Shown here: positions 37,601-46,891 of the stretch, piece by piece
Position numbering within the stretch: position 1 is the stretch's first letter
Layout of the letters: each line of letters begins with the position of its first letter
NCBI GenBank assembly: GCA_900540955.1
Contig: UQIF01000001.1
Location: forward strand, 105,439 to 169,438
Length of the DNA: 64,000 bases
Reading direction: 5' to 3'
From: an uncultured Olsenella sp.
GTDB taxonomy: Bacteria; Actinomycetota; Coriobacteriia; Coriobacteriales; Atopobiaceae
Translations under genes and position numbers: made by a program
Notes under the pieces: model-generated
Told to the model about the DNA's origin: nothing
What the model saw: the letters and a program-made list of their open reading frames with translations, nothing else
Databases searched by the model: none

Positions 37601-38217
37601 GCTCCGTCCACGCCTCCATGGCTCAAGACGCCGGCGAGCCCGCGTGCGCGCCCACTCGCGCCGAGCGCGACGCCGCCGACGAGGGGGCGCCTACGGGCGG
37701 CGACGCCGACCGGGCGACGAACCTCGGCTCGGCCTTCCATGAGCTCGCTCAGGCCATGGCCGAGTCGGGTAGGGAGCCGAGCGAGGGGCAGGTCGCGGCC
37801 ATGGCCCGCCGCTGGAACCTCTCCGCGAGGGCGCGGACGCGGCTTGCGGCGGCGATCGGCCGCTGGGCGCGCTCGTCCATCCGCGCGGAGGCCCTGTCGC
37901 ACGGCCAGGTGCGCCCCGAGGTGTCCTTCTTCGTCGCGCGGCCAAGCGAGCACGGCGATCACCTCGAGGGCGCCATAGACCTTCTGTGCACCGACGAGGG
38001 GAGCCGCGAGGCGCTCGTCGTCGACTACAAGACCGGAGACGCCGGCCTCACCGCCGACGAGGTCCGCGCCCGCCACGCGATGCAGGCCGAATTCTACGCC
38101 GGAGTCCTCTTAGACCAGGGCTGGGAGCAGGTGGAGTGCGCCTTCGTCTGCGTCGAGCGGGAAGACGACCAGTGCCCCGGCGAGCCCCTCGTCGCCCGCT
38201 ACTCCTTTTCCCGGTAA
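34651..38217 (+). CDS. addA: AddA/RexA-type UvrD-family helicase-nuclease
   Basis: Walker A GAGSGKTFTL. UvrD motifs TFTEAAAREI, TIHGMC, VMVDEFQDTD, VGDAQQSIYRFRGAD and IMTIHASKGLEF. C-terminal RecB nuclease LVVDYKTGD. Start GTG 34651 (alternative 34642). Confidence 0.85.
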   Translation: MTNSGNAPLVDLSGLNAGQRKIAETLDAPLFVEAGAGSGKTFTLTQRVAWALCPGSGEGGKPFLDDLGQVLVITFTEAAAREIRERVRSTLRRVGLQEASLAVDDAWISTIHGMCSKILHRHALDLGLDPEFRVVSGSEQNRMYLQAMDAVMRAAAGDAGLTAAIAAAGVGSWSAESGFSGAMGIVDGVIAAARAVPGGLAAIAAARPAAGADVDHLMRELLMRCEELGAERLTAAAAAKVGPSLEALRAFDALAPGAKTPDAAAEALKAVSMPRSSKAIADKLADAKSALAAARAEVLFLSGAEHAGAYLELARRVDAEYTRVKREASACDNDDLVALAYAAVRDVDAVRADYAGRFRLVMVDEFQDTDETQLALIGLLAGEGARHLCTVGDAQQSIYRFRGADVGVFYRRGEDVLDEGRVRLDTNYRSHGDILKFVERVSRGNAGPGLGLGGGCSGTMEAGAFMHLDDCPTRKDAYRARSLPRVDVEVVCGKGASGYATKQQVATMASQIADALARYRDAGERPGDMALLLGVTSNAGLYIDALRARGLECVVTGGSTFTKAPEVKVMCALLHTLANPADTQSGLFPLLASEMFALDADDFCELGTRLQEKLPAPTKRPIDQGLAAFEFLPGHVPSARLSRAREVVARALVDVAREPVADVCYRVARDSGWLARLEAGGTQGQAKAANVLASIRYIRDLTRSLGLGPARAAAEFDLWLAASKIAPASLAGGESGAGTVRIMTIHASKGLEFPVTAVAECWNDPRDSRALAVAPGNPAALVVKPAGLDDADARALASALKGIDADDALDDLESGRAQPLSSLFVALGEKDAREAAQEKARLLYVAMTRAREALILGVSAAEGSSGVSSTMAANALFALFGSAAAPSCGLSCIDYGGEAPARVRCVRVQIEGKGEERACLADSAGSLEGFDGPIPLDPSAIVGAADSGGKGEAAGGEFELFEVEPDADATFGLWRAREGVYSYSSVHASMAQDAGEPACAPTRAERDAADEGAPTGGDADRATNLGSAFHELAQAMAESGREPSEGQVAAMARRWNLSARARTRLAAAIGRWARSSIRAEALSHGQVRPEVSFFVARPSEHGDHLEGAIDLLCTDEGSREALVVDYKTGDAGLTADEVRARHAMQAEFYAGVLLDQGWEQVECAFVCVEREDDQCPGEPLVARYSFSR

Positions 38218-38362
38218 TCTCCCCTGACCCCCCCCGGGGTCCCGGAGCCGCGTTTCGCGGCCCCGGCGGGGCGGGGCGGTTTGGGCATCGGGAGAACAGC
38301 TGAAGAGGGCCCGGCCGCGGTTACACTAGAGAAGTCAAACCTCTACCCAAGGATTCCATTAC

Positions 38363-41300
38363 ATGGCTTTCGTTCACCTGCACAACCACTCGGACTTCTC
38401 GATCCTCGACGCCGCCACGCGCATCCCCGACATGGTCAAGCGCGCCGTCGACCTGCAGATGCCGGCCCTTGCGCTCACCGACCACGGCTACATGTTCGGC
38501 GTGCCGGACTTCGACCTTGAGTGCCGCAAGTACAACGACGCGCAACAGGATATGAAGCAGTGGAAGCACGATGTGGAGTGCTTCAAGAAGGGCTGGGAGC
38601 TCGAGGAGCCCGAGGCCGACGCCGCCGACGCCGCCTTGCACGACCGCGTCCACGCCCAGTGGGCCTCCGACGTCGAGGCCTGGGAGTCGTCGGGACACGA
38701 CCTCTCGGCCGTCGAGGCCAATCGGCCGGAGCTCCTCATCAAGCCGATCTTCGGCTGCGAGGCGTACTTCATCACCGACGACTGCATCGAGAAGGGCACC
38801 AAGCAGCACCGCTATCACCTGCTCCTGCTTGCCAAGAACGAGACCGGCTACGTCAACCTCATGAAGATGATGAGCGAGGCGGGCTCCGGCGACATGTTCT
38901 ACTACTACCCGCGCACCACGCTCGACATGCTGCGGCGCTACCACGAGGGCATCATCTGCTGCTCCGCCTGCGTCTCGGGCATCATCCCGCGCATGTACTT
39001 CTCGGGCCAGCCCGACAAGGCCAAGGAGTGGGCGCTTACCTACAAGGAGATCTTCGGCGAGGATTTCTACCTCGAGGTTCAGGACCACGGCCTGGAGGAC
39101 CCCTCCTGGGGCGGCTTCAACGACCGCACGCTGTCCGAGCAGATCGTCCGCCTCGGCCGCGAGCTCGGCATCAAGGTCATCGCCACGAACGACAACCACT
39201 ACCTCACGCGCGAGGACGCCCCCACGCAGGACATCCTCTCGTGCATCGGCACGGCCTCCAAGGTTGACGACGTGAACCGCAAGCGCATGACGGGCACCGA
39301 GTTCTACATCAAGACCGAGCAGGAGATGCGCGAGCTCTTCTCGTGGGCTCCCGAGGTCGTCGACAACACGCTCGAGGTCGCTGCAAAGTGCGACTACGAG
39401 CTCGACTGGACGCACATGTACCTGCCCAAGTTCCCTGGCCTGCGCGAGGGCGAGACCTCCGAGCAGCGTTTTCGCGAGGAGTGCGAGAAGGGCCTGGCCA
39501 TCCGCTACGGCGAGGACTGGAGAAACGTCGAGATCGGCGGTTGGAACGTCCTCGACCGCCTTAACCACGAGTACAACATCATCTGCACCAAGGGCTTCGC
39601 CGACTACTTCCTCATCGTCCAGGAGTACGTCCAGTGGGCCAAGCATAACGGCATCGGCGTGGGCCCCGGCCGCGGCTCGGCCGCCGGCGCCCTTGTGGCC
39701 TACGCCATGGACATCACCACGTTCGACCCGCTCTCCAACGGCCTGATGTTCGAGAGGTTCCTTTCGCCCCAGCGCTCCGAGATGCCCGATATCGATATGG
39801 ACTTCGACGACGAGCGGCGCCTGGAGGTCGTGCAGCACGTGCGCGAGCTCTACGGCCCCGAGCGCGTCTGCCACGTCATCACCTACTCGACCATCAAGGC
39901 CAAGCAGGCCATCAACGACGCCTGCCGCGTCCTCGGCTACCCCGTCTGGCAGGGCCAGAAGCTCTCGAAGATGATCTCGGGCGACCCCAAGGCCAAGCTC
40001 AAGTTCGTCTTGAGCAAGACCGAGGGCAAGGAGGACATGTACTCCCCGGACTTCGAGGAGGCCTACAAGAAGGATGAGGACGCCCGCCGCATCATCGACT
40101 CGGCGCTCTCCATCGAGGGCCTGCACCGAGGCGAGGGCGTCCACGCCTGCGCCGTCCTCATCGCGCCTACGCCCGTCAACGACCACGTTCCGACCAAGGT
40201 CGACACCAAGGGCGGCGTCGAGATCACGCAGTACGAGGGACACTCGGTCGCCGACATGGGCCTGCTCAAGATGGACTTCCTGGGCCTGCGCACCTTGACC
40301 GTCATCTCCAAGGCGCTCGCCAACATACGGGCGACCTACCCCAACCCGGAAGACATCGAGAAGATGCCCGACGTCGTCAAGGCGACGATCAAGCCGGGCG
40401 CGACCTGCGTGGACATCAACGTCGACAAGATTCCCTTCGACGACCCCAAGATCTACGAGCTCATGGGCCGCGGCCACACCGCGGGCGTCTTCCAGATCGA
40501 GTCCGCCGGCATGACGGCCACCATCAAGGGCATGCAGCCCAAGGAGTACCGCCAGGTCGTCGCACTTATCGCCCTGTATCGACCGGGCCCGCTGGGCGCC
40601 GGCATGGTCACGAGCTACATCAACCGCATGAACGGCAAGGAGCCCGTCGCCTTCTACGACGACCGCCTCTCCGACATCCTGGACGAGACCTACGGCACCA
40701 TGGTCTACCAGGAGCAGGTCATGCAGATCAGCATGAAGATGTCGAACTTCTCGCCGGGCGAGTCCGACTCGCGCATCAGAAAACCGGTGGCAAAAAAGAA
40801 GATCAAGATGCTGACCGACCAGATCTTCCACTGGGAGGGCAACGGCGCCGACGAGACCATCTACGACCACTGGATCAACGGCGCCGTCGAGAACGGCTAC
40901 AAAAAAGAGGTCGCTCAGCGCATCTGGGACGACGTTCTCGAGTTCGCGTCCTACGCCTTCAACAAGTCGCACTCCGCCGGCTACGCCATCCTCGTCATGC
41001 AGACCGCGTGGCTCAAGGCCTACTTCCCCAAGGAGTACATGGCCTCGGTCCTCACGTCCTATATGGGAAAGACCGAGAAGATCGTCCACTACGTAACCGC
41101 GTACCGCCGCGAGGGCGTCGCCATCCTGCCCCCGGACATCAACGAGAGCGGCCGCGACTTCACGGCCACCCCCGACGGCGTCCGCTTCGGCTTCGCCGGC
41201 ATCCGCGGCGTGGGCGAGGCCGTGGGCGAGGCCATCATGGCCGAGCGCGACCGGGCCGGAGCCTTCTCGGACATCTTCGACTTCGTGAACCGCATGGACT

Positions 41301-42265
41301 CCGGCTCCGCCAACCGCCGCGTGGTCGAGGCCCTGATCTGCTCCGGCGCCTTCGACTCCACCGGCTACACCCGCATGCAGCTCATGCGCCTCGTCGACAA
41401 GAACAACCCGGACAACATCATCGACGCCGCCACCCGAAAGCAGAAGATCCGCGCCACGGGTCAGGTCTCGATGTTCGACATGTTCGCCGGCGTCGAGGGC
41501 GCCGGGTTCGAGGAGAGCAACCCCGAGCCCGACGGCGTCGAGTGGGACCGCTCGGTCAAGCTCGGGCGTGAGCACGAGGTCCTTGGCCTCTACGTCTCGG
41601 ACCACCCGCTGCGCCCCTACGCCTACGCGCTCGCGAAGGCCCGCGACTACAGCCTGTCCGACATCGAGGTCTCGCAGGAGGTCACCGACTCGGCCGGCGG
41701 CGTCCATGAGCAGTTCAAGGTTCCCGAGGGCAAGGTCCTGCGCTTTGCCGGCATGGTCAGCTCGCTTCAGAAGAAGACCACCAAGAACGGCGACCCCATG
41801 GCCATCGTCACCCTCGAGGACATGGAAGGCGAGGTCACGCTCGTCATCTTCCCGAAGCTCTTCAAGAAGTGCGCCGCGACGCTCGCGGGCGAGGTTGACC
41901 CCGATACCGGCGAGGCCTCAGGCGACGTCTTTGTCAAGGTGTCGGGCAAGCTCGAGCGCAGCGACCGCGGAAACCAGGTCATCTGCATGGAGGTCGAGCC
42001 GCTTGTCTTGAACGACCGCACGAATCGTCCCAAGGTGCTCGAGATCAACATGCCCGCGAGCAGCCTCACCCGCTCTCGCATGGACGACCTCAGCCGTATC
42101 CTGGGGGCCTATCCTGGGCTCGACCACGTCGAGGTCCGCGTCGAGTCCGTCTCGGGCGACATTATGCGCATGGAGCTGCCCTGCACGGTCGACGCCCGCA
42201 ACATGGTCCTTCTCGCCGAGGTGACCGATGCCATAGGCAGGTCGGGCAAGGTCCTCGTCGCATAA
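38363..42265 (+). CDS. dnaE: DNA polymerase III alpha subunit
   Basis: MAFVHLHNHSDFSILDAA PHP domain, polymerase core (GRGSAAGALVAYAMDIT), OB fold. Contains a ~75-aa insertion between the first PHP motifs. Confidence 0.95.
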   Translation: MAFVHLHNHSDFSILDAATRIPDMVKRAVDLQMPALALTDHGYMFGVPDFDLECRKYNDAQQDMKQWKHDVECFKKGWELEEPEADAADAALHDRVHAQWASDVEAWESSGHDLSAVEANRPELLIKPIFGCEAYFITDDCIEKGTKQHRYHLLLLAKNETGYVNLMKMMSEAGSGDMFYYYPRTTLDMLRRYHEGIICCSACVSGIIPRMYFSGQPDKAKEWALTYKEIFGEDFYLEVQDHGLEDPSWGGFNDRTLSEQIVRLGRELGIKVIATNDNHYLTREDAPTQDILSCIGTASKVDDVNRKRMTGTEFYIKTEQEMRELFSWAPEVVDNTLEVAAKCDYELDWTHMYLPKFPGLREGETSEQRFREECEKGLAIRYGEDWRNVEIGGWNVLDRLNHEYNIICTKGFADYFLIVQEYVQWAKHNGIGVGPGRGSAAGALVAYAMDITTFDPLSNGLMFERFLSPQRSEMPDIDMDFDDERRLEVVQHVRELYGPERVCHVITYSTIKAKQAINDACRVLGYPVWQGQKLSKMISGDPKAKLKFVLSKTEGKEDMYSPDFEEAYKKDEDARRIIDSALSIEGLHRGEGVHACAVLIAPTPVNDHVPTKVDTKGGVEITQYEGHSVADMGLLKMDFLGLRTLTVISKALANIRATYPNPEDIEKMPDVVKATIKPGATCVDINVDKIPFDDPKIYELMGRGHTAGVFQIESAGMTATIKGMQPKEYRQVVALIALYRPGPLGAGMVTSYINRMNGKEPVAFYDDRLSDILDETYGTMVYQEQVMQISMKMSNFSPGESDSRIRKPVAKKKIKMLTDQIFHWEGNGADETIYDHWINGAVENGYKKEVAQRIWDDVLEFASYAFNKSHSAGYAILVMQTAWLKAYFPKEYMASVLTSYMGKTEKIVHYVTAYRREGVAILPPDINESGRDFTATPDGVRFGFAGIRGVGEAVGEAIMAERDRAGAFSDIFDFVNRMDSGSANRRVVEALICSGAFDSTGYTRMQLMRLVDKNNPDNIIDAATRKQKIRATGQVSMFDMFAGVEGAGFEESNPEPDGVEWDRSVKLGREHEVLGLYVSDHPLRPYAYALAKARDYSLSDIEVSQEVTDSAGGVHEQFKVPEGKVLRFAGMVSSLQKKTTKNGDPMAIVTLEDMEGEVTLVIFPKLFKKCAATLAGEVDPDTGEASGDVFVKVSGKLERSDRGNQVICMEVEPLVLNDRTNRPKVLEINMPASSLTRSRMDDLSRILGAYPGLDHVEVRVESVSGDIMRMELPCTVDARNMVLLAEVTDAIGRSGKVLVA

Positions 42266-42288
42266 CCGTTTTTCTGGAGGTAACTACT

Positions 42289-44076
42289 TTGAAGATCGCC
42301 ATCGCACAGGTCCCTTCCGCCAACGGCGACCTCGGCTGTGCGGCCGAGCGCATCAAGGCGTATTGCTCTCGCGCGGCCGAGGGCGGGGCTGAGCTGTGCG
42401 TGTTCCCCGCGACCGTCATCGCGCCGGCGGTCCCCGTGGCGATGCCGGACCGCGAGGGGCTTCTATTTGACATGGCCCGGCTCTGCTCGGCACTCGCCGG
42501 CGAGCTCGCGTGCCCGGCGATCGTCCCGGTCTCGCTGCCGGGCTCCGACGACCCGGTGCTCGAGGCGGTTCAGGTGGGTCCTGACGGCGTTGTGCCGCTG
42601 CGCCTTCTCGGCGCGCTTTCACAGGCGTCGGCGGACGACCCGGGCGACGAGGCCTGCGGGCTGTCCCTGCCGCAGGTCGAGGTGGGCGACCTCACGCTCG
42701 GCATCGCGTTCACCTACGAGGAGCTCGAGGAGTACGTCGACTACGACTACCGTGTGGACGCCGTGCTGTTCCTCTCGACCTACGGCTTTGCCACCGACGA
42801 CGCCGCCAGCGCGCTCGGCGCCTCGATTCTGGAGTCGCGTTTCCGCGCCGACGCCGACGCCATGGGGGCGTGGATTGTGGGCGTCGGCTCCGTTGGCTGC
42901 TCTGACCTCGAGGTCTTCTGTGGCGCGAGCTTCGCCGTGGCCCCTTGGGGCGAGCTTGCCTGCCAGGCGCCGTCGTTCGAGGAGGCGCTCGTCTTCGCCG
43001 ACCTCCGCAAAGGTGAGGAGGGCCCCCTCAAGGAGGCGGTCACCCCCCAGGTGTTCGACCCCTCGATCATGGCCTGGGAGGCAGTCGCGGAGGGCACCCG
43101 CGGCATCATCGCGTCGCTTGGGAAGACCTCAGCGCGCCTGGTCGTCGACGGGGGCATGCCCTCTATGCTTGCCTGCGCCGTCGCGACCGACGCCCTCGGC
43201 CCGGTGAACGTCAGTCCCACGGTCCTTCTTTGGGGCGACGGGCGCGATGAGCTTTCCCGCGCGCTTGTCCGCAACCTCAGGCTCGAGGCGCGCGAGCTTG
43301 CCGCCGCAGGTCTCTTTGAGGATGGCGACGAGGAGCTCGCGCGCGACGTGGCCTGGGCGCGCGTTTGCGCCGAGGCCAGGCGCGAGGGGTCGGTCATTGT
43401 GGGCAGCTCCGACAAGACCTCGCTGGCCCTCGGCTCGGCGCCCGCCCGCGACCTCGGCTGCGTGCTGCCTTTCGGCGACCTGTACCGCTCCGACGTCCTT
43501 GCGCTCGCGCGGCTGCGCAACACCGTCTCTCCCGTCATCCCCGCGGCGGCACGCTCCTCCTGGCAGCTCGAGGAAGTCGCCTCCCTTGCGGGCACGGGGT
43601 CTGCCGACAGGAGGCTCGAGCAGGTCGACTTCGTCATCTCGAGCTTCGTCGAGTGGGAGCTCCCGCTTTCGGACATCGCCTCGGACTGCGAGAACGAGGG
43701 GCTTGCCCGCGCCGTCGTCGCGCTCGTGCGCTCTTCGCTGTCCTCGCTGCCGGGACGGCTTTTGGCCCCCACGCTCTCGTCAAAGACGCTCGACGAGGCC
43801 CGCGGCCCCTTCGGGTTTTCATGGCGAGACCGCGTTCGGGCCAAGGGCGAAAGAATCGACCGCGACGCGATGGCCGCCGAGATAGCGCAGGCGCTCGGCG
43901 GCTCGGGCGAGAAGGACTCGGAGGCCAGCTCGCCGCAGGAGGCGCTCGACCTCCTGGGCATGCTCAGCGGCTCCGACGAGCTGGGGGAGGCTCCCTCTTC
44001 CGGAGAGCGTCACGACCATGGCGGGCATTCCGGCCCTCAGGGCTTTTTCTGGGGAGGCCCGTTCTCCGAGAACTAA
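42289..44076 (+). CDS. NadE-like protein (CN-hydrolase + NAD-synthetase fold) with degenerate catalytic motifs
   Basis: 595 aa, TTG start with RBS GGAGG. Synthetase-domain block GSSDKTSLALGS...PFGDLYRSDVLALARL matches the NadE 'GTGNKSELALGY...PIADLYKTQVRELA' region. The PP-loop reads DGGMPS, not SGGxDS. CN-hydrolase Glu reads FPA (not FPE) and the Cys position reads AFTYEE. Confidence 0.65.
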   Translation: MKIAIAQVPSANGDLGCAAERIKAYCSRAAEGGAELCVFPATVIAPAVPVAMPDREGLLFDMARLCSALAGELACPAIVPVSLPGSDDPVLEAVQVGPDGVVPLRLLGALSQASADDPGDEACGLSLPQVEVGDLTLGIAFTYEELEEYVDYDYRVDAVLFLSTYGFATDDAASALGASILESRFRADADAMGAWIVGVGSVGCSDLEVFCGASFAVAPWGELACQAPSFEEALVFADLRKGEEGPLKEAVTPQVFDPSIMAWEAVAEGTRGIIASLGKTSARLVVDGGMPSMLACAVATDALGPVNVSPTVLLWGDGRDELSRALVRNLRLEARELAAAGLFEDGDEELARDVAWARVCAEARREGSVIVGSSDKTSLALGSAPARDLGCVLPFGDLYRSDVLALARLRNTVSPVIPAAARSSWQLEEVASLAGTGSADRRLEQVDFVISSFVEWELPLSDIASDCENEGLARAVVALVRSSLSSLPGRLLAPTLSSKTLDEARGPFGFSWRDRVRAKGERIDRDAMAAEIAQALGGSGEKDSEASSPQEALDLLGMLSGSDELGEAPSSGERHDHGGHSGPQGFFWGGPFSEN

Positions 44077-44151
44077 TGCTCTCGTCTCCGTGTGCCTATG
44101 CTAGGATAGAACGAGCGTTCTTATGGCATACGTCGCGGAAGGGGGCACACC

Positions 44152-44658
44152 ATGGTCATCCTGGGCATCGACCCGGGCCTCGCCCACACGGGCTGGGGCG
44201 TTGTCGAGACGCGCGGGCCCGTGTGCCGTGCCCGCGCCTACGGCAGCGTGGAGACTCGTTCACACGAGTCGATCGATTCCCGCCTGGGAAGGATCTACGA
44301 CGAGGTCAAGGCCGTGATCGAACGTTACGGGCCGACCGAGCTCGCCATCGAGAACGTGTATTTCGGCGAGAACGTCAAGTCCGCCGTGGCCACCGCCCAG
44401 GCGCGCGGGGCGGCCATAGTCGCGTGCGCGAAGGCGGGGCTTTCGGTGGGGGAGTACACCCCCATGCAGATCAAGCAGGCGGTGGTCGGCACGGGGGCCG
44501 CCGATAAGCACCAGGTCATGTACATGGTGCGCAACGTGCTCGCGCTCGACCACGAGCCCCGGCCCGACCACGCGGCCGACGCCCTGGCCGCCGCGGTCTG
44601 CCACGCAAACCTCACCCGCACAAAGAACCTCGGCAAGGCAAGGAGTTTCCAGCAATGA
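44152..44658 (+). CDS. ruvC: crossover junction endodeoxyribonuclease RuvC
   Basis: MVILGIDPGLAHTGWGVVE... RNase-H-like resolvase. Confidence 0.9.
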   Translation: MVILGIDPGLAHTGWGVVETRGPVCRARAYGSVETRSHESIDSRLGRIYDEVKAVIERYGPTELAIENVYFGENVKSAVATAQARGAAIVACAKAGLSVGEYTPMQIKQAVVGTGAADKHQVMYMVRNVLALDHEPRPDHAADALAAAVCHANLTRTKNLGKARSFQQ

Positions 44659-45299
44659 TCGTCCAGCTCACAGGCACGCTCGTTGAGGTCCTGCCCTCGC
44701 GCGTCGTCCTAGACGTCGGCGGCGTGGGCTACGAGCTCGGCGTCTCCTCCACCACTGCCGCCTCGCTTCCCCATGCGGGCGAGGCGGGCGTCACGGTGCT
44801 CACGCGCATGATTGTCCGCGAGGACGCGATGGAGCTCTACGGCTTCGCCACGCGCGAGGAGCGTGCGCTGTTCGACCAGCTTCGCGCCATCTCCGGGGTG
44901 GGTCCCAAGCTCGCCCTCGCCGTTCTCTCCACCTTCACCGCGTCGCAGCTCGCGACGGTCGTCGCCACCGAGGACGCGGCCCGGATGGCCCAGGTCCCCG
45001 GCGTCGGAAAGAAGAAAGCCTCGCGCCTGCTCGTCGAGCTCTCCGACGTGTTCTCAAAGAACGCGGAGCTGAGGGGGCTTGTGGGGCTTGGCGCCACAGG
45101 CCCTGGCCAGATCCCGCTCGAAGGCGCGGCCCAGGCGGCGTCCTCCGGCGTGGACGCCGAGGCGACCGAGGCCCTTCTGTCCATGGGGTTCACTCCCCAA
45201 GAGGCGCAGCTCGCCCTGGAGGGGCGCGAGGAGTCCGGCGCGCTCACCATCGAGGCCGCGCTCTCCTATGCGCTTAGGCGCCTGGGGAGTGGTCGATGA
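44655..45299 (+). CDS. ruvA: Holliday junction DNA helicase RuvA
   Basis: [12 protein letters not shown]... OB fold + HhH ([13 protein letters not shown]) + C-terminal domain III. Confidence 0.9.
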   Translation: MIVQLTGTLVEVLPSRVVLDVGGVGYELGVSSTTAASLPHAGEAGVTVLTRMIVREDAMELYGFATREERALFDQLRAISGVGPKLALAVLSTFTASQLATVVATEDAARMAQVPGVGKKKASRLLVELSDVFSKNAELRGLVGLGATGPGQIPLEGAAQAASSGVDAEATEALLSMGFTPQEAQLALEGREESGALTIEAALSYALRRLGSGR

Positions 45300-46354
45300 T
45301 GTGGGAGGCTTCCGACAAGGACCTCTTCGCCACGAACGCTCCCGGCGTCTCGGGTGCGCCGCGGGCGGTCACGGGAGAACTCACCGGCGACGACCTCGAC
45401 CAGGACCGGAGCCTGAGGCCAAAGACCCTCGAGGAGTACGTCGGGCAGGCGCGCGTCTGCTCGAACCTCAAGGTGCTCATCGAGGCCGCGAAGTCCCGCA
45501 ACGAGCCGCTCGACCACGTGATATTCTCGGGCCCCCCAGGCCTGGGAAAGACGACGCTGGCAGGCATCGTCGCCAACGAGATGGGGGCCAAGCTGCACAC
45601 GACCTCCGGCCCCGCCATCGAGCGCGCGGGCGACCTCGCGGCCATCCTCACCAACCTCGAGGAGGGCGATGTCCTCTTCGTCGACGAGATCCACCGTCTC
45701 AACCATCAGATCGAGGAAATTCTCTATCCGGCGATGGAGGACTTCTTCCTCGATATCGTCATCGGCAAGGGCCCGGCGGCCCGCTCCATTAGAATCGACG
45801 TGCCTCGTTTCACGCTGGTGGGCGCGACTACCCGTACCGGGCTTCTTACCGGTCCTTTGCGCGATCGCTTCGGCATCAGCTATCGCCTCGATTACTACAC
45901 GCCCCCCGAGCTCGCCGACATCGTCACGCGCTCCGCGAGTATCCTCGGCGTCCTGATCGATGCCCAGGGAGCGCTCGAGATCGCCTCCCGGTCGCGAGGA
46001 ACGCCTCGTCTGGCCAACCGCCTGCTCAAGCGCGTTCGTGACTATGCGTGCGTGAAGGCCTCCGGGGACATCACCTGGGAGGTTGCCGACGAGGCCCTCG
46101 AGTTCTTCCAGATCGATGCTATGGGACTCGACTGGATGGACGTGAAGATCCTCACGGCCCTGTGCAAGACGTTCCGAGGGCGTCCCGTCGGGCTGACCAC
46201 GGTGGCCTCCGCCGTGGGGGAGGACCCGAGCACGCTCGAGGACGTCTACGAGCCGTACCTTCTTCAGTGTGGGCTCATCGTGCGGACGCCTCAGGGCAGG
46301 CAGGCGACCCCCGCCGCCTTCGACCACCTCGGCGTCGAGGTCCCGACGCGGTAG
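45296..46354 (+). CDS. ruvB: Holliday junction DNA helicase RuvB
   Basis: Walker [12 protein letters not shown], Walker [11 protein letters not shown], winged helix. ATGA overlap with ruvA. Confidence 0.95.
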   Translation: MMWEASDKDLFATNAPGVSGAPRAVTGELTGDDLDQDRSLRPKTLEEYVGQARVCSNLKVLIEAAKSRNEPLDHVIFSGPPGLGKTTLAGIVANEMGAKLHTTSGPAIERAGDLAAILTNLEEGDVLFVDEIHRLNHQIEEILYPAMEDFFLDIVIGKGPAARSIRIDVPRFTLVGATTRTGLLTGPLRDRFGISYRLDYYTPPELADIVTRSASILGVLIDAQGALEIASRSRGTPRLANRLLKRVRDYACVKASGDITWEVADEALEFFQIDAMGLDWMDVKILTALCKTFRGRPVGLTTVASAVGEDPSTLEDVYEPYLLQCGLIVRTPQGRQATPAAFDHLGVEVPTR

Positions 46355-46411
46355 GCTTTGGGGCCCCTGGTATACAATCGTCTCGCATAGACGTCATCGA
46401 AAGGTTAACCA

Positions 46412-46780
46412 ATGCTTCAGCGTGACTACGTTCTTGAGCTCATCGGCCAGTTCACGGAGGTCGTCAAGCGTGCTCTCAAGCGCGCACTGACGGGGGATCT
46501 TGAGGGGTGCGAGGAGGTTGAGCGGCAGATCGGCGAGATTCTCGACCTCGACTACGGCACCGCGTTGTCGCTGGCTCCCGACTCGCTCGTCACGATGATG
46601 GTCATCTCCGGCATGGGCGATTCCGTCGCCTCCTACGTCTGCTTCGCGCTTGCGCGTCTGGCGGAGGTCTACGAGAAGATGGGCAACGAGGACCTCTCGA
46701 TGCTTCGCGCGGCGCAGGCCAAGGCGGTCGCGGAGTCGTTCGGCTGCGACCCCGACGACGTTCCCGAGGAGCTCAAGTAG
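46412..46780 (+). CDS. hypothetical protein
   Basis: 122 aa following ruvB. No recognisable motif. Followed by an intrinsic terminator. Confidence 0.5.
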   Translation: MLQRDYVLELIGQFTEVVKRALKRALTGDLEGCEEVERQIGEILDLDYGTALSLAPDSLVTMMVISGMGDSVASYVCFALARLAEVYEKMGNEDLSMLRAAQAKAVAESFGCDPDDVPEELK

Positions 46781-46847
46781 TCTTTTGGCATGACTTCATG
46801 TTGGCCTATCATGGCCTAGCCGATAGTATATACAGCACGACCGTAAC

Positions 46848-46878
46848 CGCCCGGGCGCTAAATCGCCCGGGCTTTTTG
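46848..46878 (+). terminator. intrinsic terminator
   Basis: CGCCCGGGCG-ctaaat-CGCCCGGGC followed by TTTTTG. Confidence 0.55.
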
Positions 46879-46891
46879 AAAAGGCGGGAAT

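Noticed and set aside
38321-41707. 1128-aa antisense ORF across dnaE.
   Set aside because: dnaE is unambiguous. The antisense frame is a GC artefact.
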